Assembly (NCBI GenBank): GCA_038279365.1
Contig: JAYODI010000103.1
Coordinates: forward strand, 1 to 15,827
Reading direction: 5' to 3'
Length of the DNA stretch: 15,827 nt
From: Candidatus Latescibacterota bacterium
Lineage (GTDB): Bacteria > Latescibacterota > UBA2968
In this document: positions 6,702 through 14,616 of the stretch, piece by piece
How the letters are laid out: each line of letters starts with the position of its first letter
Numbering within the stretch: position 1 is the stretch's first letter
The notes under the pieces: model-generated
The model's database searches: none
Told to the model about the DNA's origin: nothing
The model's input: only the letters and a program-made list of their open reading frames with translations
Position numbers and translations under genes: made by a program

Positions 6702-8109
6702 CTTCAACCTCTCCCCTCAAAGGCAAGTAAATAGTAAAGGTAGTTCCTTTGCCAACCTCACTTTGCACTGCAATACGTCCATTGTGTTTTTCAATAATCC
6801 CATGAGAAATAGCCAACCCCAACCCGGTTCCAGTACCAACTGGTTTAGTAGTAAAAAATGGATCGAACAAATTCCCCATATACTCAGGTAAAATGCCCTT
6901 GCCGGTATCTTCAATTTCCACCACAATCTGCTCATTTTGCACACACGTGCGAATGCGTATCTCACCCTTCTCATCAATGGCCTGAGCTGCGTTGGTCAAT
7001 AAATTCATAAACACCTGGTTCAACTGGGCTGGGTAACAAACCAATCGCGGCAAATCACCATAAGACTTAATCACATCAGCTTTGTATTTAATGGCATTCC
7101 AAATCACCTTCAAGGTCGATTCAATGCCTTCATGAATATCCATTTCTTTGATTTCTGCCTCATCCAACCGGGCAAAATTGCGCAAACCCAGCACAATATC
7201 CTTCACCCGTTCTGCCCCCTCAACAGACTCTTTGACCAATTGTTTAATATCCTCTAAAATAAAATCCAAGTCCTCTTCTGTCTTTAGAGCATTTAGCTGT
7301 TCGACATGCAAATCAATATCGTTTGCATCTTGGGCCTGTATCGCACCCATAAGCTGGTCATAACAATCGAAAAAATTCTTAAATGTATCCACATACTCAT
7401 TTAGAGTACCCAAATTGCTCATCAAAAACCCAACGGGGTTGTTAATCTCATGAGCAATGCCCGCAGCCAGTTGCCCCAAACCAGCCATCTTTTCCTGATG
7501 TACCATTTGCGTTTGGGTTTGTTTGAGTTGTGTGTTTGCCTGCTCCAGTTCTTCTTTGTTTCTTTGCAAAGCTTCTTGTGCTTCTCTGCGAGGGGTAATA
7601 TCCTGCATAGTACCCTCATAGTACAAAATTTGTCCATTTCCATCGCGCACAATATGAGCATTTTCAGTAATCCAGCGCACTTCACCATTTTTTTGACGAA
7701 TTTGTGACTCAAATCCACTCAAATATTCATTTTCTTCCAGCAATTTTTGAAAAACCTTTCGTCTATCTTTTTCAACATAAAACAGATCTAACCCATTTTC
7801 CTGATCAGCTTTCAGAGCTTCAAATGAATTATACCCTTTAATTTCTATGAGGCGATTATTTGCACTTAAATAATTGCCATCTGGTTTTTTTTGATAAATA
7901 CCTTCAATCGCATTTTCAAAAATGCTGCGATAGTTTCGCTCTGCCAATTTCAGATCTTCAAGTGTTTTATATAACTCACGAGACTTAACTTCAAGCAATT
8001 CTTCCGCTCGCAACCGGGCTTTCATTTCACGTTCTCGGGCGCGTTTCTGTATTTCTAATTCAGCTTCAAGCCCAACCATTTTTCCTGAAACATCGTCCAG
8101 TTCGCCCAT
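6694..8109 (-). CDS. hnoK: H-NOX-associated PAS sensor histidine kinase (HnoK-like)
   Basis: N-terminal REREMKARLRAEELLEVKSRELY helix, typical of H-NOX partner proteins. PAS/PAC (YRSIFENAIEGIY...GTMQDIT), H-box AHEINNP and N/G1/F/G2 boxes. Lies immediately downstream of H-NOX. Confidence 0.88.
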   Translation of the reverse strand: MGELDDVSGKMVGLEAELEIQKRAREREMKARLRAEELLEVKSRELYKTLEDLKLAERNYRSIFENAIEGIYQKKPDGNYLSANNRLIEIKGYNSFEALKADQENGLDLFYVEKDRRKVFQKLLEENEYLSGFESQIRQKNGEVRWITENAHIVRDGNGQILYYEGTMQDITPRREAQEALQRNKEELEQANTQLKQTQTQMVHQEKMAGLGQLAAGIAHEINNPVGFLMSNLGTLNEYVDTFKNFFDCYDQLMGAIQAQDANDIDLHVEQLNALKTEEDLDFILEDIKQLVKESVEGAERVKDIVLGLRNFARLDEAEIKEMDIHEGIESTLKVIWNAIKYKADVIKSYGDLPRLVCYPAQLNQVFMNLLTNAAQAIDEKGEIRIRTCVQNEQIVVEIEDTGKGILPEYMGNLFDPFFTTKPVGTGTGLGLAISHGIIEKHNGRIAVQSEVGKGTTFTIYLPLRGEVEDV

Positions 8110-8121
8110 ATAAACAACCCC

Positions 8122-8674
8122 TTATGCAGATCCTAAAAAAGTAATTTCAAAACGGTAATATGTTTCGTCATTTTCTTTCACTTCTATCGTCTTACGAGCG
8201 ATTTTTTCCGAAAAAAACTTGGCCGCACCATCAATCAGTCCTTCGGCTACAGAAGGTAAATTTCTTGCCGGACGATAAATCATTATTAGCTGGTCTTCTG
8301 CAGGTTCTTCATATTCAAAAGTGGGCAACTTGGCATCTGCATACAATTTTTTTTACTTCTGCATGCACAATAGCATGAACGTTTCTCAAGAATATTTTAA
8401 GCGTTGTCCCATCTTTCACACTATCTGGATAAACTTGCACCAATGGTTCCAGTGCATATTCGCCATATGTGCGCAAAAGATCCTCTAAGGATATCCCCGT
8501 CAAGTCCGACAAAGCCACGACCAAAGCCACCATCTCTTCATCGGAATAGGTATCTACACTGGTATATGCCCCTCCAGATTTAGGATCCACACGGCCCAAA
8601 ATTTCATCCCACACCGCCAAACCAAATTTTTCTTCTACAAGCTTGCCAAATACATTAAACATGATGCCTTTCAT
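8122..8674 (-). pseudogene. hnoX: H-NOX (heme NO-binding, HNOB) protein, frameshifted at an A8 run (8347-8354); 183 aa if one A is removed
   Basis: ORF 8315..8674 gives MKGIMF...FG...W...YTSVDTYSDEE...VHAEVKK. ORF 8122..8346 continues LYADAKLPTF...YRPAR...GLIDGAA. A7 instead of A8 joins them as the family-typical HAEVKKLY. This may be a true frameshift, a slippage site or an assembly error. Confidence 0.88.
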
Positions 8675-8688
8675 GTCTCAATCTCCAA

Positions 8689-9249
8689 TTAATACATTAA
8701 TTCGTTTATTTTTTCTAATAGGGTGCTGTTATCAAAAGGTTTTTGCAACAAGTCGTCTGCACCTGCCTCAACGGCCGCCTCCAATTCGGACAAATCGAGT
8801 GCAGAAACTACCAACACACGTGTTTCGTGCAATATGTCACATTCTTTAATAAAATCTAAGACTTCGCGCCCTGAAATACCTGGCATACTCAAATCCAGTG
8901 TGACCATATGGGGTATGAAGGTGCCTAACATCGCACCAGCAGAAAAGCCATCGGGAGCAATCAGCGTTTGATAACCTTTTCTTTTTAATACACGTCGGAT
9001 GGCCTTGGCCATGGCATCGTCATCATCGACAATCAACACACGCTTATTTTTTTCCTGAAATACATCAGGAATAGGCATCTTATTCTGTTTGAGAAATTCA
9101 ATAAAATCTTCTATTTCTATACGATTATCACCACGCCCCGGCAATTGATAGGCTTTTAGATGCCCCCGCTCAATCCACCGAATAACCGTACGAAAATTAA
9201 CGCCGCAATACTTTGCGACTTCTCCAGTTGTCAAAACATGTTTATCCAT
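8689..9249 (-). CDS. hnoC: Response regulator with N-terminal excisionase/MerR-like HTH and C-terminal REC (HnoC-like transcription factor)
   Basis: LTTGEVAKYCGVNFRTVIRWIERGHLKAYQLPGRGDNRI HTH, then VLIVDDD / TLDLSMP / LQKP receiver. Adjacent to H-NOX as in described hno networks; RBS GAGAGGTG. Confidence 0.85.
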   Translation of the reverse strand: MDKHVLTTGEVAKYCGVNFRTVIRWIERGHLKAYQLPGRGDNRIEIEDFIEFLKQNKMPIPDVFQEKNKRVLIVDDDDAMAKAIRRVLKRKGYQTLIAPDGFSAGAMLGTFIPHMVTLDLSMPGISGREVLDFIKECDILHETRVLVVSALDLSELEAAVEAGADDLLQKPFDNSTLLEKINELMY

Positions 9250-9267
9250 TCATTCACCTCTCTCAAT

Positions 9268-10497
9268 TTAACTGCCTATTTGCATCAAATAAGCCTTTAA
9301 CTCTAATAAGTCCTGCGACCCCATACCCACCTTGTTTAAAATTCTTGGTTCTATGTGAATACGCGCAAAATTACCACTCAAACCAATACCGAATTGCTGA
9401 ACGCAAGCATTTGCAATGTGCACAACATCAACAACCTGATCTTCTTGAACCGACATTCCAGGACTGTGGTGCCACCTGATAACATCCGTAACAACAGGTG
9501 ACAAATCCCACCACTCAGACAAATAGGCCCCCGTTTCCATATGGGTCATTTGCATCACTTTTTTTTCTGCGTCTCGCAATGTAATATGTTCAGCCTGTGC
9601 AAGTTCAACTGCTTGTACAAAATCCTCGTGTAGATAACAATCTTCAAACATTTTTCCAAGGTCATGTAACAAACCTGCTGTAAATAGTTTATCAGAAATC
9701 ACCTGTTCCAAACCCGTTTTTTTACCAATCCAGCGCGAAGCGAGACCACTTGCAAGCGAATGTTTCCAAAAACCTTCTCGAGAATAACCTGCAGGTGGGG
9801 GTGTATCTGGCTGGAGCATATCAAACACAGACATCGACAAAACAAGCCCCTGCACCATTTCCATACCCAAAACGACAACTGCACGCTGAATGGTATCAAC
9901 TCGGTTGCGCTGGCCAAACAATGCCGAATTCGCCCATTTGAGCAGTCGTACGGAAATAGATGGGTCTTGTTCGATCTCCTGACCTATTTGCTTGATAGAT
10001 AAGTTGCTGGATTGAGCAAGTATTTCTTTTATTTTTAAATAACTCTGAGGTAATGTGGGCAAATTATCAACTTCTATCACTTTTGAACCCAAAAGTGGCA
10101 TTGTGTTTTGAAGTGAATCATTTGTGGTGAGCAATTTAGATAAAACTGACCTGAGTTCATTTGGCTCCCACGGTTTCGTAATCATCTGATGGGCACACTC
10201 ATTTTGTAGCATCGAAGCAACAACATCTCGATCAGCATATCCTGTCAAAATAACACGTATGGTATGAGGATATAAATCTTTAATTTTGCGCAAAAATCCT
10301 GCACCATCCATCTCTGGCATACGCATATCGGAAACTACGAGATCAACCGGGTGTTCTGTCAATAAATCCAATCCTTCTTTTGCACAATTTGCAAAAAGAA
10401 GATGCCAAGGTTCTTTCCGTAAAAGCCTTCGTAACGAGGACAATACGGGTGGATCGTCATCTACAAAAAGTACTGTTTTTTCAATTTTGTCTGCCAT
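9268..10497 (-). CDS. Response regulator with HDOD output domain (REC-HDOD)
   Basis: LFVDDD / VSDMRMP / TKPW receiver. HDOD hallmarks LPTLP, DPSISVRLLKWANS, FWKHS, GLLHDLGK and IRWHH. Confidence 0.92.
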   Translation of the reverse strand: MADKIEKTVLFVDDDPPVLSSLRRLLRKEPWHLLFANCAKEGLDLLTEHPVDLVVSDMRMPEMDGAGFLRKIKDLYPHTIRVILTGYADRDVVASMLQNECAHQMITKPWEPNELRSVLSKLLTTNDSLQNTMPLLGSKVIEVDNLPTLPQSYLKIKEILAQSSNLSIKQIGQEIEQDPSISVRLLKWANSALFGQRNRVDTIQRAVVVLGMEMVQGLVLSMSVFDMLQPDTPPPAGYSREGFWKHSLASGLASRWIGKKTGLEQVISDKLFTAGLLHDLGKMFEDCYLHEDFVQAVELAQAEHITLRDAEKKVMQMTHMETGAYLSEWWDLSPVVTDVIRWHHSPGMSVQEDQVVDVVHIANACVQQFGIGLSGNFARIHIEPRILNKVGMGSQDLLELKAYLMQIGS

Positions 10498-10506
10498 GAC
10501 ATATCC

Positions 10507-12642
10507 TTAGTTTTTAGCTTTGTCTGCAACAACCTTGCCAGCAAACAAAAATGTAATAGCATCCTCATCTCGATCAACAATCATTTCTGCCTCACCAAAG
10601 CGAATCACACTACGAGCATGTAGTTTTTTGGCAATTTTGATTTGACTATTAAAAATCCCCTTTTCAACCCGGCGATTTAATTGATCCAACTCTGCTTCAT
10701 AGGTTTTGCGAATGCTCGACAAATCTTTCAGTTTTTTAATCACGCCCACATAATGATCACGTTGTTTGCCAGATAACATGGTTAAGCGCTGTTTAATAGC
10801 CTCACCATCAAATGCGTCCACACCCAGCGAACGCATCAACTTTGACAATTGTACATCACAAACCGAAACATTATTCTTCAACTTTTCTATTTTGGCCTGT
10901 TCTTCAGGATCTGCCTGAACAGACAAAATAGTTCCCGGCACAGAGTCAGACCCCACAACAGCCACCTGAATGCCTTTTGCCGCACTCACCATGCCTCCCA
11001 CCACACTGCCACTTCGTTCGCCACCACCAGCAGGCACTGTTAAGATGCCCCCACAACGTACCTGTGCATTGTGGATATAGCGCCCACACCACAAATCTCC
11101 TTTCACCACCACCACGGCATTTTGGATAAATTGTGCCCGCAATTCACCCATAACCACCACACGTGTTGTTTTACCCACAATCCCACGCCCAACCGTCAAG
11201 TTACCCTTTGCTCGCACCGATGCCCCAGACTCTATTGTACCTCCAATGGTAACAGAACCACCCGCGCGCACTTCAAATCCTGTCTTAACAGATCCCACAA
11301 TATGAACATCTTTTTCAAATGTAACGTTTCCTGTCTCATAATCCACATCACCTGAAATGCGATATATCGGATTGACCGACACATGGCCAGCACGCACAAA
11401 AACAGCGCCACTCAATGTGGCATAAACCGCAGGCACCATCAAACCTTTATACTCAGCTTCAGTCAATCGTGCGCCTTCCCCAGCCCCCAGTGCCGTATCT
11501 TGCCCATCTGTTGCAGATAAAACATCGCCCAAAAGTGTACGCCCTGCACTACCTTTTGTGGCAGGCAACTTTCGCACAATCAAATCACTTTCTGCCACAT
11601 TGTGAATCAGATTGCGCTCACGCAAATCAATCGATCCATCTTCCATCACCTGTCCAGGCTTTTGAGATAAGTCCACCTCATAAATCAAACGCGCATCTTC
11701 ACCTTGAACGGCCGGCACACCTTGTGCAATCAATGTGGCGGTATTCTTATTTAAGCCTGCTAGGTTTGCCAAAACCTGGTCCAAGTCTTCTCTTGCCAGA
11801 CCTTGGTCAATGCCCAAAGTTGCCAGTGCATCCATAATGTATTCTTTAGATATGGATTGAAATGGTGTAACACTGTCGAAATGCACATAAAATACCTGCA
11901 TTTTATCGGGCGACATCCAAAATGGAGGCAAAACCGATATTGTTTTGCCCTCATACATCACAATGCCCCAAACATCTGCCTTTAATTTTCGGCCTTCGCG
12001 TTTGACCCCACTGCCAGCTACAAATTGTCCGTCGGTGATCACGGGCACAGGCTTGTCATAAACATCCGTACCAGCACCATCGGCCACTTCTGCAAATTCG
12101 ACCAGCACATCGTCAGGATAAACCATCCATGCCTGAGAATAAGGTTTTTCTACTGTCAACAAATCTTCTGCATCAAGTACATCTCTGATATTCTTAAAAT
12201 GGATGCTCATTGTTCCAATTTGCCAGTAACTGCCCTGAATATCTAAATCTCCATTGGCCTGCAACAAAGGCAATTTGGGAAAAGGCGCACGAACAGGTGG
12301 TGTACCCGTGGCAATTTCAACATTGCCTTTCCACAAAGAGGCTTTTTTAAGGTGACCATCAACAGCCATCAATGCCTCACCATGAATACCATGTACAATG
12401 CCATGCTCCTTCAATAGAGCCAGCAAAGATTCGGGTGAAAAACCATCCCCAACTTTCTGTACAGACTTGAGCCTGACTGACATCAACATCGCATCAATTG
12501 TCCACACCACTTTCCCCCAAGAGGTTGTCACTGCCATGTCACCAGGCACAGGTGCACATTCCGCATTGGCTAACATCGGATCTTTTTGTGGTTTTTGATT
12601 TTGGGTAGGTGTTTTCACAGTTTGCTCTAAACTATAAATCAT
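10507..12642 (-). CDS. fapA: FapA family flagellar assembly protein (DUF342) with duplicated N-terminal module
   Basis: IAQGVPAVQGEDA, DGSIDLRE, GRTLLG, GDVDYETGNVTF and beta-helix repeats, then a C-terminal coiled coil. The start overlaps the stop of the upstream gene (12632-12642). Confidence 0.85.
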   Translation of the reverse strand: MIYSLEQTVKTPTQNQKPQKDPMLANAECAPVPGDMAVTTSWGKVVWTIDAMLMSVRLKSVQKVGDGFSPESLLALLKEHGIVHGIHGEALMAVDGHLKKASLWKGNVEIATGTPPVRAPFPKLPLLQANGDLDIQGSYWQIGTMSIHFKNIRDVLDAEDLLTVEKPYSQAWMVYPDDVLVEFAEVADGAGTDVYDKPVPVITDGQFVAGSGVKREGRKLKADVWGIVMYEGKTISVLPPFWMSPDKMQVFYVHFDSVTPFQSISKEYIMDALATLGIDQGLAREDLDQVLANLAGLNKNTATLIAQGVPAVQGEDARLIYEVDLSQKPGQVMEDGSIDLRERNLIHNVAESDLIVRKLPATKGSAGRTLLGDVLSATDGQDTALGAGEGARLTEAEYKGLMVPAVYATLSGAVFVRAGHVSVNPIYRISGDVDYETGNVTFEKDVHIVGSVKTGFEVRAGGSVTIGGTIESGASVRAKGNLTVGRGIVGKTTRVVVMGELRAQFIQNAVVVVKGDLWCGRYIHNAQVRCGGILTVPAGGGERSGSVVGGMVSAAKGIQVAVVGSDSVPGTILSVQADPEEQAKIEKLKNNVSVCDVQLSKLMRSLGVDAFDGEAIKQRLTMLSGKQRDHYVGVIKKLKDLSSIRKTYEAELDQLNRRVEKGIFNSQIKIAKKLHARSVIRFGEAEMIVDRDEDAITFLFAGKVVADKAKN

Positions 12643-13693
12643 TCAAAACATCATCAAGGGTTACATCTAAAGATGTCAAATCTGTTTTCAACTGCGAATC
12701 TTGAATGGCCACAGCCGCCTGCATGGTAAAATTGCAAATCATCTCAATATCATTTTCATCAAGCGGTGCCTGAGTATCATGTCTGCGCGCCTCTACAAGT
12801 CCCAAACAAGTCGGTCCCTTCACAATAGGAATCGCCACAAACGCAGACACCTCGTAAACCTGCTCACCAACAGTTACCTGCCCCCGTTCCTTATTCACTG
12901 GCATTTTTTGTGCAATGGCCTGTTCAAAAATCTGGCAATGCGCCAAACGATCCTTTAAATAAGACAAATCAGAAGCATTCTGCCAGCCATCTTGGCCATT
13001 AATACCCTTGCCCAATTGTGCAACTAACGCCTCAACCGATCCTCCCAGATAAACAACAATCTCATCAACACCCACCACTTCACAAATCACTTCAATCACT
13101 GTTTGTAGTGTATCATCAAGGGTGTGTACCTCCAAAATATGGTGCAAAATACGATCTCGCCCCTGAAGTTCTTTCACCTTCTGTTGCAACTGTTCGTGCG
13201 CCAAACGTAAAGCTTCTGTACGTTTGGCAACCTTATCTTCCAATCGATGGTTCCATTCTTCTAACAATGCATTTTTATTTTGGAGCTCTTCGGTCAGTTC
13301 TTTGTTTTCCAATATCAGTTCATATCGTGCAATGGCTTCATCCAACGTGTTTTTCAAATCCAAATCATTCCATGGCTTTGACACATAACGAAAAACCCCA
13401 CCCTTGTTAATGGCATCCATGGCCGCTTCGAGTTCTGAATACCCCGTCAATATTATCCGACTGGCATCGGGTAACAAATCGCGCGACTTACTCAAGAACT
13501 CGGCTCCATTCATTTCTGGCATGCGTTGGTCAGATACAATTACAGATGGCGACTCACCACCTTCGATCAATGCCAGTGCTTCAGACCCACTTTGAGCAAT
13601 CAATATACGATGTGGCGTTTTTCGAAATAGGCGTTGAAGTGAATGCAAAATATTGGGTTCATCATCTACAAAAAGAAGAGTATGCCTGTTCAT
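12632..13693 (-). CDS. Response regulator, REC-coiled coil-GAF
   Basis: LFVDDE / VSDQRMP / VSKPW receiver, heptad coiled coil, GAF-like C-terminus (FVAIPIVKGPTCLGLVEA...FTMQAAVAI). No catalytic output domain. Confidence 0.88.
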   Translation of the reverse strand: MNRHTLLFVDDEPNILHSLQRLFRKTPHRILIAQSGSEALALIEGGESPSVIVSDQRMPEMNGAEFLSKSRDLLPDASRIILTGYSELEAAMDAINKGGVFRYVSKPWNDLDLKNTLDEAIARYELILENKELTEELQNKNALLEEWNHRLEDKVAKRTEALRLAHEQLQQKVKELQGRDRILHHILEVHTLDDTLQTVIEVICEVVGVDEIVVYLGGSVEALVAQLGKGINGQDGWQNASDLSYLKDRLAHCQIFEQAIAQKMPVNKERGQVTVGEQVYEVSAFVAIPIVKGPTCLGLVEARRHDTQAPLDENDIEMICNFTMQAAVAIQDSQLKTDLTSLDVTLDDVLNDL

Positions 13694-13714
13694 ATAAAAT
13701 CTCTCTACCGAAAT

Positions 13715-13769
13715 GGCAAAAAATGACTATTGTGACATTTGAGACAAATATCGCTACATTTCTCACAAA
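13715..13769. promoter_or_regulatory. Direct-repeat operator candidate upstream of the signalling operon
   Basis: ACATTT-NNN-ACAAA occurs twice 21 bp apart (13735-13748, 13756-13769). GAC triplets occur at a 9-bp period (13725, 13734, 13743). Confidence 0.45.
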
Positions 13770-13783
13770 AAGCAAGGTTGAAT

Positions 13784-13825
13784 AAAAAAAAACCATTTTG
13801 ATGTTAAAAAAACATCAAAATGGTT
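13784..13825 (-). terminator. AT-rich perfect inverted repeat; terminator or operator
   Basis: AACCATTTTGATGTT-N5-AACATCAAAATGGTT (13791-13825), followed by a T-run on the minus strand. Confidence 0.65.
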
Positions 13826-13836
13826 ATAAATTCTAC

Positions 13837-13903
13837 AAAAACAAAACCAGTACCACACCCAGAGTAGTTAATTTTTCAAACCTGCTCTGGCGTGTGATAC
13901 TGG
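13837..13903 (-). terminator. Long hairpin terminator after ORF 13910..14110
   Basis: Minus strand: CCAGTATCACACGCCAGAGCAG / CTACTCTGGGTGTGGTACTGG (about 20 bp, with one bulge, one mismatch and one G-U), followed by TTTTGTTTTT. Confidence 0.75.
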
Positions 13904-13909
13904 GAGCGG

Positions 13910-14110
13910 TTAATTCTCTTGTTTATGGGTTTCTGCAAACAATCTAAAAAGACGTTCGTGGCATTCTTCAATAATGTTCAAAGCCCGCTTAGAAGTTCTA
14001 TCACCAGCCTGAATACTAGGAATCAAATCGTTCATAAATTGCAATTGCCCCAGCAATTGCTCTACCATGAGTTCTTTTACATCAAGTCCTATGCGATCTT
14101 GGCTGACCAT
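13910..14110 (-). CDS. Small hypothetical helical protein (66 aa, MVSQDRIGLD...)
   Basis: AGGAG RBS 8 nt before ATG 14110, directly after the stop of 14112..14366, with a terminator immediately downstream. The ORF-track extension to 14296 overlaps the upstream gene and is not used. Confidence 0.7.
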   Translation of the reverse strand: MVSQDRIGLDVKELMVEQLLGQLQFMNDLIPSIQAGDRTSKRALNIIEECHERLFRLFAETHKQEN

Positions 14111-14111
14111 T

Positions 14112-14366
14112 TCAATAACTCCTGTAACACCACTCGTGCATCGACTGTGCCAACATTTTTTTTGCTTCTTGATATACCTGATTGTGGTTGAAACTTTTTC
14201 GTGGAAATAGATAGACTTGAACGGGTGAATGCAAACGAGGAGAAACAACCTCAATTTTGGATTGCCAATAGGTTTCATCTTCAGAAAATGCCACACGATA
14301 AAGGAATTTTTGATTAGCTACCGAAACACAAAAAAGATCATCTTCATTTGTTCCTTCTTTGAACAT
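14112..14366 (-). CDS. Small hypothetical protein (84 aa)
   Basis: AAGGA RBS before ATG 14366, protein-like composition, and 1-nt spacing to the next ORF. Confidence 0.65.
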   Translation of the reverse strand: MFKEGTNEDDLFCVSVANQKFLYRVAFSEDETYWQSKIEVVSPRLHSPVQVYLFPRKSFNHNQVYQEAKKMLAQSMHEWCYRSY

Positions 14367-14481
14367 GATTAAAATTCCTTAAGTGAATCAAATTTATCTA
14401 TGGCCCTTAACACAAGCACTCAGGATATTAGAAGAAAGCATTGTACTAAAAAATGAAAAATCAAGGCTCAAAATGCCCAAT

Positions 14482-14605
14482 AGAAACAATAAAGTACTCT
14501 GGCAGATAATGCACGCTACCGGGGGGCAATGGCACACCATCTCACCAGAGTACCACTGAGGAAGTTACACACAACAAATTTCAGAGGCATTTTATAAGAC
14601 CCAAC
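14482..14605 (-). ncRNA. Candidate sigma54-dependent small RNA or attenuated 5' leader (~120 nt)
   Basis: Begins ~12 nt downstream of a sigma54 promoter. Ends in a 60-nt hairpin (14553-14494) whose inner stem relies on G-U pairs available only on the minus strand, with a C-rich loop, followed by TTTATTGTTTCT. Confidence 0.5.
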
Positions 14606-14616
14606 GATCAGGATAG

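Noticed and set aside
4192-13785. Numerous 60-150 aa plus-strand and alternative-frame ORFs over the minus-strand genes
   Set aside because: They overlap confidently identified genes almost entirely and show shadow-ORF composition.
14111-14296. N-terminal extension of ORF 13910..14296 (128 aa)
   Set aside because: Overlaps 14112..14366 in another frame, and the internal ATG at 14110 has a strong AGGAG RBS.
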